Of a stretch of DNA of 64,000 bases, positions 47,137 through 55,769 are shown piece after piece. A program made the position numbers and the translations under genes. This DNA is from Thermomicrobiales bacterium (GTDB lineage Bacteria; Chloroflexota; Chloroflexia; Thermomicrobiales; UBA6265): assembly GCA_023957115.1 (NCBI GenBank), contig JAMLHN010000012.1:30829-94828 (forward strand). The letters run 5' to 3'. Position 1 is the stretch's first letter; each line of letters begins with the position of its first letter. The notes beneath the pieces were generated by a model that had not been told where the DNA came from, did no database searches, and saw nothing but the letters and a program-made list of their open reading frames with translations.

Positions 47137-48063
47137 ATGCAGGTATTTGCTGGGACCTCTCATCCTGCTCTGGTTGCCGACATCATGACGGAGCTCAACG
47201 CTCCGCTCGGCCGCGCCGTCGTCTCCACTTGGAAAAACGGTGAAACCCGCGTCAAGCTCGACGAAAACGTCCGTGGATCCGATGTCTTCGTCATCCAGTC
47301 GTTGTGCGATCCGGTGAACCACAACATCATGGAGCTGTTGTTGATCATCGATGCGTTGCGACGCGCCTCGGCCGACCGGATCACGGCCGTCATTCCCTAT
47401 TTCGGATACGCCCGGCAAGAGAAAAAGACGACCGGACGCGAACCGATCTCCGCCAAGCTGGTTGCCAACCTCATCGTCACGGCCGGAGCGCATCGTGTGC
47501 TCGCGATCGATCTCCACGCTCCTGCGATCGAAGGCTTCTTTGACATTCCGGTCGATCATCTGCGCGCGACCCCACTGCTGGCACGCCGGTACGGTCGTGA
47601 GCATCAGGGACCGATCGTCGCGGTCAGTCCCGACGCCGGCGGCGTGACCCGGGCCGAGGACTTTCGGGCCCGTGTGGGTGGCTCGCTTGCGATCATCTCA
47701 AAGCAGCGGCCCGATGCCGATGCCACCGAGGTGATCGAGATGGTCGGCGATGTCGATGGCAAGACATCGGTCATCATCGATGACATGATCTCGACCGCCA
47801 GCACGCTCGCCGTGGCGGCTGATCTGCTCACTGACCGGGGAGCGCAGGCGGTGCATGCCGCGGCGACGCATGGGGTCTTTGCCGGCGAGGCGATCGAGCG
47901 GATTCTCTCCTCGTCCATCTCGAAGGTCTACGTGACGGACACGATTCCGTTCCCCCATGACGAGCTCGGTGATCGCCTGGAGGTCGTTACCGTAGCTCCG
48001 CTTCTGGCGGAAGCCATGATGCGCATCCACAAGGATCTGTCGGTCAGCGCGCTCTTCACCTAA
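47137..48063 (+). CDS. prs: Ribose-phosphate pyrophosphokinase
   Basis: MQVFAGTSHPALV..., YFGYARQEKK, and PRPP-binding DDMISTAST. ATG 47125 is an alternative start. Confidence 0.93.
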   Translation: MQVFAGTSHPALVADIMTELNAPLGRAVVSTWKNGETRVKLDENVRGSDVFVIQSLCDPVNHNIMELLLIIDALRRASADRITAVIPYFGYARQEKKTTGREPISAKLVANLIVTAGAHRVLAIDLHAPAIEGFFDIPVDHLRATPLLARRYGREHQGPIVAVSPDAGGVTRAEDFRARVGGSLAIISKQRPDADATEVIEMVGDVDGKTSVIIDDMISTASTLAVAADLLTDRGAQAVHAAATHGVFAGEAIERILSSSISKVYVTDTIPFPHDELGDRLEVVTVAPLLAEAMMRIHKDLSVSALFT

Positions 48064-48079
48064 CCACCGTCTTCCCAAA

Positions 48080-48862
48080 ATGTGCTCCCCAGACTCAGCC
48101 CGACTTGTCCCACAGCGCCCGAGACTCGGGGTTCCCTTGATCCGGCTTGGGGCGGTCACCTCGACCATGGACATCGCCGCCAGGTTGCTCGAGCTCGGGA
48201 CACCCGAAGGGACCGCGATCGTAGCGCAGAGTCAGATGGCCGGGCGCGGGCGGGGCGGCCGCACCTGGCAATCTCCGCCCGGCGTGGGTCTCTACTGCTC
48301 GCTCGTCTTTCGTCCCCTCATTGCTCCGGATCGGTTCCAGCCGTTTTCGGTGATGGTCGGGCTCGCGCTGTGCGAGGTACTCGATCCCTTGGAGGATGCC
48401 GGTATCCATTTGAAATGGCCAAACGACCTGGTTATCGGCGAGCGGAAGCTGGCGGGCATTCTAGTGACCGCCTCGATTCAGAACGCGACTGTCGAGCGTG
48501 CGGTCGCGGGATTGGGTATCAATCTACGATGTGATCCAAGCGGGTTGTCCTCGGCCGTCTCGCTGGAAGAGATGGGCCGGCTCCCCGAGATCGATGACGC
48601 AACGCTGGTTGCCGAGATTGCGGAAGCCGTTGCCCGGCGGTACGACCAGCTCTTGGGCGGAAACGGCGATATGGCATTGGCGGGATGGGAGCACAGGCTG
48701 GCGGATCTTGGCGAGCAGGTGATCGTTCGGGATGGAGAGCGTCAACGCGAGGGAAGATTGGTCGGAATCGAACCCTCAGGTGCGATGCTCCTCGACACGA
48801 GCGAAGGCGTGCTTTCCATTCATATGGGAGAGCTGACCCGAGGTCCAGTAAAGCGCACCTGA
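48080..48862 (+). CDS. birA: Biotin--[acetyl-CoA-carboxylase] ligase (no N-terminal HTH evident)
   Basis: GRGRGGRTWQSPPG motif, KWPNDL, and a C-terminal SH3-like region. The start is uncertain. Confidence 0.82.
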   Translation: MCSPDSARLVPQRPRLGVPLIRLGAVTSTMDIAARLLELGTPEGTAIVAQSQMAGRGRGGRTWQSPPGVGLYCSLVFRPLIAPDRFQPFSVMVGLALCEVLDPLEDAGIHLKWPNDLVIGERKLAGILVTASIQNATVERAVAGLGINLRCDPSGLSSAVSLEEMGRLPEIDDATLVAEIAEAVARRYDQLLGGNGDMALAGWEHRLADLGEQVIVRDGERQREGRLVGIEPSGAMLLDTSEGVLSIHMGELTRGPVKRT

Positions 48863-48998
48863 TTCGCTTTTTCCATCGCCAATCCGCCGTTTCCTCGTGC
48901 GCTCATTCTTCTCCTCCCTTTATACTCGCTGATTGGCAAGGGCGCGTCGTCCAGTGACCACGGCGCAGGGCATTCCAGTGAAGGGCGTACGACCAGCG

Positions 48999-50219
48999 AT
49001 GGATTTTAGTCTGACCGAGGAACAAATTCAGGTTCGCGACATGGTTCGCGAGTTCGCTCAGCGCGAGGTTGCTCCATACATCCAGGAATGGGACGCCAAA
49101 GTTGAGTTTCATCGCGAAGTTCTGACCAAGATGGGCGAGCTCGGGATCCTCGGTCTGCCGGTTCCGGAAGCGTACGGTGGGCTCGGACTCGACTACGTCT
49201 CGCTTGCGCTGGCTTGCGATGAGCTGGAGTATGTCGATACCTTCCTTCGGGTCATCATGAGTGTCCACGTTGGGCTCAACAGTCTGGCGCTGTTGCAATG
49301 GGGGACGGAAGCGCAGAAGCAACGCTGGCTGGTCCCGCAGGCGCAGGGGACGAAGATCGCGACTTTCGGGCTGACCGAGCCGAACGCCGGATCCGATGCC
49401 GGTTCGATCGAATCGACCGTGGTTCGTGATGGCGATCACTACATTCTGAACGGCGCCAAGATGTGGATCTCGCTTGCCGATGTTGCGGACCATTTCCTCG
49501 TCTTCGCCAGCATTGACCGGTCCAAGAAGCACCATGGCCTCTGCGCGTTCATGATTGAGCGCGGTATGGATGGGTTCACCACTGGCACCATCAAGGGCAA
49601 GCTGGGTGTGCGGGCCGGAAACACCGGTGAGCTCGCCTTCAACAACGTTCGCGTTCCGGTCGAAAACCGGATCGGTGAAGAAGGTGAAGGCTTCAAGATC
49701 GCGATGAGCTGCATCGACCAGGGCCGTTTCACGGTCGGCGCCGGGGCGGTTGGATTGATCCGCGCATCGCTCGATGCCAGTGTCAAATACGCCAACGAGC
49801 GCGAGGCATTCGGCGAGCCGATTGGCAAGTTCCAGCTCGTGCAGCAGATGATCGCCAAGATGGTTGCCGGGCACGAGGCTTCGTACCTGCTGACCATGAA
49901 GGCAGCCGAGCTCAAGAACCGCGGTATCCGCAACACGCGTGAGACGTCGTTGATGAAATGGTTCTCCTGCGATCAGGCGTTGCAGGCCGCCGACGACGCC
50001 ATTCAGATCCACGGATCGTATGGATTCTCAAACGAGTATCCCGTCGAGCGCTTCTGGCGCAATTCACGCGGCGCGGTCATCTATGAGGGAACGCGCGAGG
50101 TCCACACGCTCCTGCAGGCCGAGTACGCGCTGGGCTATCGCAAGGACAAGCCGCTGTCGCACCCGCAGCCGCCAGCCCAGGGCTACGATGCCGAAGAGCT
50201 GCTGGCGATGACCCGATAG
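48999..50219 (+). CDS. Acyl-CoA dehydrogenase
   Basis: MDFSLTEEQIQVRDMVREFA..., GLTEPNAGSD, IYEGTREV. A C-terminal tail of about 25 aa extends beyond the usual end. Confidence 0.92.
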   Translation: MDFSLTEEQIQVRDMVREFAQREVAPYIQEWDAKVEFHREVLTKMGELGILGLPVPEAYGGLGLDYVSLALACDELEYVDTFLRVIMSVHVGLNSLALLQWGTEAQKQRWLVPQAQGTKIATFGLTEPNAGSDAGSIESTVVRDGDHYILNGAKMWISLADVADHFLVFASIDRSKKHHGLCAFMIERGMDGFTTGTIKGKLGVRAGNTGELAFNNVRVPVENRIGEEGEGFKIAMSCIDQGRFTVGAGAVGLIRASLDASVKYANEREAFGEPIGKFQLVQQMIAKMVAGHEASYLLTMKAAELKNRGIRNTRETSLMKWFSCDQALQAADDAIQIHGSYGFSNEYPVERFWRNSRGAVIYEGTREVHTLLQAEYALGYRKDKPLSHPQPPAQGYDAEELLAMTR

Positions 50220-50237
50220 CGAAACGAGGTTTACCCG

Positions 50238-51431
50238 ATGACGAAATCGGTCATATTGGGGGGCACACGAACCCCCGTCACGAAAATCAACGGTTCCCTG
50301 GCCAGCAAGACCGCGGTCGAGCTTGGCGCGGTCGCCATGGAAGGCGCGCTCGACCGCGCCGGAGTCAAACCGGAGGAGGTCGAGCACGTCATCATGGGGC
50401 AGGTGCTTCAGGGAGGCGCCGGTCAGATCCCATCTCGCCAGGCGCAGCTGCTGGCCGGGATCCCACGGACGGTCACGTCCGAAACCATCAACCGGGTTTG
50501 TGGATCCGGTCTTCGCGCCGTCACCCTGGCCGACACCCTGATCAAGGCAGAGGGCTATGACGTGATCGTCGCCGGTGGAATGGAGTCGATGTCCCAGGCG
50601 CCCTATATCGTGCGCAACGCCCGTGGCGGCATGCGCATGGGGAACGGCGTTTTCGAGGACATGATGATGACCGACGGGCTCTTCTGCGCGCTCGACCATG
50701 TCCAGATGGGCCTGCACGGAGACAACGTGGCTGCAGAGAACGACGTCACCCGCGAGGAGCAGGACGCATGGGCGTTGCGGTCGCACCAACGTGCGGTCGC
50801 CGCGCAGGATGCCTGCCGTCTCTCGGCCGAGATCGTTCCGGTCGAAGTCAAGACGAAGAAGGAAACCATCGTCGTCGACAAAGACGAGCAGCCGCGCCGC
50901 GATACTTCGCTCGAAGCGCTGGCGAAACTCAAACCGGCCTTCAAGGAAGGCGGAACCGTCACCGCCGGCAATGCGCCCAGCGTCAATGACGGCGCCGGCG
51001 CGTTCGTCATCACGAGCGAGACCTGGGCTGCCGAGCATGGACACGAGCCGATCGCGCGCATCCTGGCGCATGGTTGTGCTGCCTGGGATCCGCCGTATCT
51101 GGCGTACACCCCGCAAATGGCCGCTGAGATTGCCTTGAAGAAGGCCGGCCTCACCGTCGCAGATCTGGATCTGGTGGAAATCAACGAGGCGTTTTCGAAC
51201 GTTGCGCTGATCGCCTCACGCCGGCTGGGAGTCTCCGACGAGATCGTAAACGTCAACGGCGGCGCGGTGGCGCTGGGCCATCCACTGGCCGGAAGCGGTC
51301 CGCGTATTCTGCTCTCGCTCATCTACGAGCTCCGCCGCCGTGGCGGCGGGATCGGACTCGCGGCAATCTGCTCCGGGGGTGGCCAGGGCGATGCGGTCAT
51401 CGTCGAGGTTCCGGGCGTGAGCAATGTCTGA
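50238..51431 (+). CDS. Acetyl-CoA acetyltransferase (thiolase II)
   Basis: NRVCGSGLRA active-site Cys, NEAFS, and GGGQGDAVIVE at the C-terminus. Confidence 0.93.
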   Translation: MTKSVILGGTRTPVTKINGSLASKTAVELGAVAMEGALDRAGVKPEEVEHVIMGQVLQGGAGQIPSRQAQLLAGIPRTVTSETINRVCGSGLRAVTLADTLIKAEGYDVIVAGGMESMSQAPYIVRNARGGMRMGNGVFEDMMMTDGLFCALDHVQMGLHGDNVAAENDVTREEQDAWALRSHQRAVAAQDACRLSAEIVPVEVKTKKETIVVDKDEQPRRDTSLEALAKLKPAFKEGGTVTAGNAPSVNDGAGAFVITSETWAAEHGHEPIARILAHGCAAWDPPYLAYTPQMAAEIALKKAGLTVADLDLVEINEAFSNVALIASRRLGVSDEIVNVNGGAVALGHPLAGSGPRILLSLIYELRRRGGGIGLAAICSGGGQGDAVIVEVPGVSNV

Positions 51432-51957
51432 TACGACACTCCTGAAACTACCCGATTCCGAGCCGTCGATCGACGGCTCGGTTTTTCGCGCTCCCGGGTC
51501 GGTCGTCGTGGGCGACGTACAGATCGGCCCTGAATCGAGCATTTGGTACAACGTCGTCGTTCGGGCCGACGTCTCCCCGGTGCGGATCGGCGCGCGCACC
51601 AATATTCAGGACGGCTCGATTCTTCATGCCGATCCCGGGTTTCCCTGCCTGATCGGTGACAATGTCACCGTCGGTCACAAGGCGATCGTCCACGGCGCCA
51701 AAATCGGCAACGGCGCGCTCATTGGTATGGGCGCCATCTTGTTGAATGGAGCGGAGATCGGCGAGGAGGCCATCGTTGCCGCGGGTGCGGTGGTTACCGA
51801 GGGCACGGTCGTTGCTCCCGGCACCCTGGTCGCCGGAATACCGGCCAAAGAGAAACGCCAGCTGGATGACGACGCCCGCCGAATGGGGCGCGCCGGGGCC
51901 GCTGGATATGTCGAAAACGCCCGTCGCCACCGGGGCGCCGTCTCGATAGGAGAGTAA
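51424..51957 (+). CDS. Gamma-carbonic-anhydrase-like / hexapeptide-repeat protein (YrdA/PaaY type)
   Basis: 177 aa; left-handed beta-helix repeats; overlaps the thiolase stop by 8 nt. Confidence 0.85.
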   Translation: MSDTTLLKLPDSEPSIDGSVFRAPGSVVVGDVQIGPESSIWYNVVVRADVSPVRIGARTNIQDGSILHADPGFPCLIGDNVTVGHKAIVHGAKIGNGALIGMGAILLNGAEIGEEAIVAAGAVVTEGTVVAPGTLVAGIPAKEKRQLDDDARRMGRAGAAGYVENARRHRGAVSIGE

Positions 51958-51962
51958 TCTGC

Positions 51963-52739
51963 ATGGCAATCGATCTGGAACGACGCGGCTCGATCGCGGT
52001 CGTCACCATGAACCGGCCGGAAGCGCTCAACGCCTTCAACAACGAACAGCTTCGCGTGCTCGCCGAGACGTTCGACGAAATCGGCAATGATGGATCCATC
52101 CGCTGCGTGATTCTGACCGGCGCCGGTGAGCGAGCATTTGCAGCCGGCGCGGATATCAAGGAGATGAAGGATCTCGACGGCGCCGGCGGCCTGACCTTCG
52201 GTCGTCTCGGGCATCGAGCGACCCGTTCGGTGGAAGAGTTGCCCCAACCGGTAATCGCCGCGGTCAACGGGTTTGCGCTCGGCGGTGGGTGCGAGTTGGC
52301 TTTGGCGTCCGATATCCGCTTGGCGTCCGAGAACGCCGTATTCGCTCAACCCGAAGTCACCCTCGGAATCCCTCCGGGGTGGGGTGGCACACAGCGGCTA
52401 ACCCGCCTGGTCGGGCCCGGTTTGGCGTCCGAGCTGATTCTGTCGGGTCGACGCGTGAAGGCAGACGAGGCATTGCGGATCGGCCTCGTGAATTCTGTTT
52501 GGCCACTCGACCAGCTCATGGGCGAAGCAACCAAATTGGCCGAGGTGATCGCCGCCAACAGCCCACTGGCGGTTCGCTCGGCGAAGCAGCTGGTCCGATT
52601 GGCGTTCAACGGTCAGACGATCGATGGACTCGATTCGGAAGCCCGCGCCTTCGGTGAAGCGTTTACGATGGCGGATCAGAAAGAAGGCATGACGGCATTT
52701 GTCGAGAAGCGCGCGGCCGTTTTTGCCGATCCAGCCTAA
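51963..52739 (+). CDS. Enoyl-CoA hydratase (crotonase family)
   Basis: FAAGADIKEM and VNGFALGGGCELALASD motifs. Confidence 0.92.
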   Translation: MAIDLERRGSIAVVTMNRPEALNAFNNEQLRVLAETFDEIGNDGSIRCVILTGAGERAFAAGADIKEMKDLDGAGGLTFGRLGHRATRSVEELPQPVIAAVNGFALGGGCELALASDIRLASENAVFAQPEVTLGIPPGWGGTQRLTRLVGPGLASELILSGRRVKADEALRIGLVNSVWPLDQLMGEATKLAEVIAANSPLAVRSAKQLVRLAFNGQTIDGLDSEARAFGEAFTMADQKEGMTAFVEKRAAVFADPA

Positions 52740-52750
52740 AAGGACGATCG

Positions 52751-53506
52751 ATGACATACCAAATAGCTGTGCTGGTCAAACAGGTCCCCGATCTCAATGC
52801 CATGCGAATCGATTCCGCGACGGGCAAACCGATCTACGGTGGGCAGATGGTCATCAGCTCGTACGATGACTACGCCATCGAGGAAGCAATCAAGCTGAAG
52901 GAAGTGCACGGCGCCGATGTGACCGTCATCGCGGCAGGACCGGCAGGCGCCAAGGACGCGGTGAGCCGCGCACTGGCCATGGGGGCCGACAAGGGTATCC
53001 TGATCGAAGTCGCTGCCAACGATGTCGATACGCGAGTTCTGGCCCGCGTATTGGCCGATGAGCTGGCAGGCGCCGGATTCGACCTGATCCTTACGGGCCA
53101 GAGCTCAGATGATACGGGCACCGGGCAGATCGGTCCTCAGGTCGCCGAGTATCTCGGACTGCCAAGCGTGTCATCGGTGATCGGACTCGAAGCGAGCGGC
53201 TCGACGCTTTCGATGGTGCGTGACACCGAGGACGGGAAGCAGAAGGTCTCGGTCGACACGCCCGTTTTGGTTATGGCGTCCAGTGGTCTGAACGAGCCGC
53301 GGTACCCGTCACTGAAGGGGATCATGGCCGCCAAGAAGAAGCCGCTCGAAACCAGGCCGGTCGACGTGGCCCAGGCCCAGGACATCGCCTGGGGTGAACC
53401 GTTCCGCGAGGAGCGCGTGGCGACCGGCACCATCATTGCCGATGTTCCAGCCGCCGATGCCGCAGCCCAGCTTGCCGCGTGGCTCAAGGAGAAGAAACTC
53501 GTCTAG
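52751..53506 (+). CDS. etfB: Electron transfer flavoprotein beta subunit
   Basis: 251 aa; VLVKQVPD N-terminus; typical EtfB length and layout. Confidence 0.9.
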   Translation: MTYQIAVLVKQVPDLNAMRIDSATGKPIYGGQMVISSYDDYAIEEAIKLKEVHGADVTVIAAGPAGAKDAVSRALAMGADKGILIEVAANDVDTRVLARVLADELAGAGFDLILTGQSSDDTGTGQIGPQVAEYLGLPSVSSVIGLEASGSTLSMVRDTEDGKQKVSVDTPVLVMASSGLNEPRYPSLKGIMAAKKKPLETRPVDVAQAQDIAWGEPFREERVATGTIIADVPAADAAAQLAAWLKEKKLV

Positions 53507-53578
53507 TTGTCTGAACGCCGATTCTGCCGCCCAGCGAGAATCCAATTGCCACACGGCAGCGATCTGGAAAGTACGTCG

Positions 53579-54379
53579 ATGGTGAAGCTCTATTCCTGGA
53601 ATGTAAACGGACTGCGTGCGGTCATTCGCAAGGACGCGTTTCAGCCGTTCATTGCTGAATGCAACCCGGACATTCTCTGTTTGCAGGAAACGAAAGCAAA
53701 ACAGGGACAAGCCGAAGTCGACCTTCCCGACTATCGGGAATACTGGTTCTCGGCAGTCAAACCCGGCTACAGCGGGACGGCCATCTTTACTCGGACCGAA
53801 CCAATTCAGGTCGTCAATGGGTTGCCAGCAGATATCATCGAGCAATACGCCCTTACCGGAGACGGCTACGGCAATCCGAATGATGAGGGCCGCGTCATGG
53901 CGGCCGAGTTCGATCGGTTCTGGCTGGCCACCGTTTACACCCCCAATGCAAAGGACGATTTGAGCCGCATCCCCCTGCGGCAGTCATGGGATCCGGCCTT
54001 CCTGGCCTACATGCTGCGACTCGAACAGCAGAAACCGGTGGTCTTTTGTGGCGATCTCAACGTCGCGCATACGGAGATCGATCTTGCCCGGCCGAAACCA
54101 AACATGGGTAAGAAGGGGTTCACGATCGAGGAACGTACCGGTTTTCAGGCGTTCGTCGATGCTGGCTTGATCGATACATTCCGCACACTCCATCCTGATC
54201 GAACCGATGCCTACACCTGGTGGAGCCAGATGGCGAACGCACGTGCACGGAATGTCGGCTGGCGTATCGACTACTTCCTGACCTCGACATCGTTGCGGCC
54301 GAATATCGTCTCGGCAGACATTCACGCGAACATCATGGGATCGGATCACTGCCCGATTTCGCTCGATCTTCAGTTTTAG
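53579..54379 (+). CDS. xth: Exodeoxyribonuclease III (ExoIII/APE1 family)
   Basis: MVKLYSWNVNGLRA, LCLQETK, GDLNVAH, WRIDY and GSDHCP motifs. The ORF-track TTG start at 53507 is judged too early. Confidence 0.92.
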   Translation: MVKLYSWNVNGLRAVIRKDAFQPFIAECNPDILCLQETKAKQGQAEVDLPDYREYWFSAVKPGYSGTAIFTRTEPIQVVNGLPADIIEQYALTGDGYGNPNDEGRVMAAEFDRFWLATVYTPNAKDDLSRIPLRQSWDPAFLAYMLRLEQQKPVVFCGDLNVAHTEIDLARPKPNMGKKGFTIEERTGFQAFVDAGLIDTFRTLHPDRTDAYTWWSQMANARARNVGWRIDYFLTSTSLRPNIVSADIHANIMGSDHCPISLDLQF

Positions 54380-54425
54380 GCCGCGGTCGAGCCCAGGGTG
54401 ATCGACAGTCGCGCAGGAGTTGCAC

Positions 54426-55400
54426 ATGGGATTCAAGAAGATTCTGGTCGTCGGTGAATCGGGACCGAATGGGCTCAGACCCGAGTCGCTGGAAGCGGTA
54501 ACCGCGGCTCATGAGCTGGCTCACGCGAGCGGAGCCGAGCTCGCCGGAGCGGTGATCGGCGCCGAAGCGGACGGGGCAGCGCAAACGATGGCGGCGACCG
54601 GGCTTTCGACGGTCTATCTGTCCAATGACGCTCGGTTGACGACCGATCTGCCGATCACCAAAGCGCTGGCCATTGTCGTAGAAACGTCCGGTGCGGATGT
54701 TGTCATCCTTGCCGGCACCACGACGGGGCGCGACGTCGCGGCTCGCTTGGGCGCACGCCTGAATGCTGCGGTCGCCTCCGATGTTGTCGGGCTTGACACC
54801 GACGGGACGGACGTCATCGCGCAACGGTCGGTTCTCGGTGGCAAGGCCCAGGTCGCGGTCACCCTCAAGGGTGATCCTGCGCGCATCATCAGTCTTCGGC
54901 CTGGATCCTGGGCCAAAGCACCGGACGATCAGGGTGCGGGAGCTGTTGTGCCAGTTGCGGTCGAGCTCAACGACAACGATACCCGAGTTCGTGTCGAAGG
55001 CTTCGAAACGAGCGGCGAAACCGGCGGGGTCAAGCTTCAGGACGCCGATACGATCGTGGCCGGTGGACGCGGCCTGAAGGAAGCGCAGAACTTCGAGATC
55101 ATCGAGAGACTGGCCGAAGCGCTGGGTGGCGCCGTCGCGGCATCGCGTGCTGTGGTCGATGCCGGTTGGCGCCCGCATCATGAACAGATCGGTCAAACCG
55201 GTCAGTCCGTGACCCCCAGGCTCTACATAGCTATCGGCATTTCAGGTGCCGTACAGCACAATGTCGGTATGCAAGGGTCGGAATATATCGTAGCCATCAA
55301 TCGCGATCCGGACGCTCCCATCTTCAAGCTCGCCTCGTTCGGTATCGTCGGCGATCTCTTCGATGTCATTCCTGCATTGACCGCCGAGCTGGCCAGCTAG
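54426..55400 (+). CDS. etfA: Electron transfer flavoprotein alpha subunit
   Basis: MGFKKILVVGE...; C-terminal FAD-binding region IAIGISGAVQHNVGM...IVAINRDPDAPIF. Confidence 0.92.
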   Translation: MGFKKILVVGESGPNGLRPESLEAVTAAHELAHASGAELAGAVIGAEADGAAQTMAATGLSTVYLSNDARLTTDLPITKALAIVVETSGADVVILAGTTTGRDVAARLGARLNAAVASDVVGLDTDGTDVIAQRSVLGGKAQVAVTLKGDPARIISLRPGSWAKAPDDQGAGAVVPVAVELNDNDTRVRVEGFETSGETGGVKLQDADTIVAGGRGLKEAQNFEIIERLAEALGGAVAASRAVVDAGWRPHHEQIGQTGQSVTPRLYIAIGISGAVQHNVGMQGSEYIVAINRDPDAPIFKLASFGIVGDLFDVIPALTAELAS

Positions 55401-55405
55401 GATGG

Positions 55406-55475
55406 GTCCTGAGTCCTGAGTCCTGAGTCCTGAGTCCTGAGTCCTGAGTCCTGAGTCCTGAGTCCTGAGTCCTGA
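55406..55475. repeat. Perfect heptanucleotide tandem repeat (GTCCTGA)x10
   Basis: Ten uninterrupted copies counted directly from 55406 to 55475, beginning 6 nt after the etfA stop codon. Confidence 0.97.
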
Positions 55476-55636
55476 GCAGACCGACTGCGCGATTGCGGGA
55501 TTGGAATACGCCGGTGGGCCATGCGGTCGCGCAAAGGGGTAATAGAGCGGCTAGCCGATGGGTTCGGACATCGGTCTCTGGACGCTCCAGGAGCATTACG
55601 CCGCCTTGCCGCGTCCGTACACAAAAGGGGTGTTAG

Positions 55637-55714
55637 CCCAAGGTTTCAACCTTGGGGGATCGAGTCCAAACGCTTCCGCAACTCGCGCGATCCCAGCGTT
55701 TCAACGATGGGATC
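55637..55714 (+). promoter_or_regulatory. Twin stem-loops presenting a shared GTTTCAAC motif in the fixC upstream region
   Basis: CCCAAGG-tttcaa-CCTTGGG at 55637-55656 and GATCCCA-gcgtttcaacga-TGGGATC at 55689-55714. Both have 7-bp stems. The gtttcaac motif starts at 55643 and 55698. Confidence 0.4.
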
Positions 55715-55769
55715 GGAAGTCTTTCAAGAATTGCTCTAGTTCGACTAAAGGATAGAACGGAGAGAACCG

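Noticed and set aside
55366-55624. Minus-strand ORFs encoding QDSGLRT repeats
   Set aside because: They are simply translations of the (GTCCTGA)x10 microsatellite. They have no start context, and the 7-nt unit shifts frame at every repeat.
55643-55705. GTTTCAAC-containing repeats as a CRISPR array
   Set aside because: There are only two imperfect copies about 55 nt apart, no further repeats, and no cas genes in the window. They are better described as twin hairpins.
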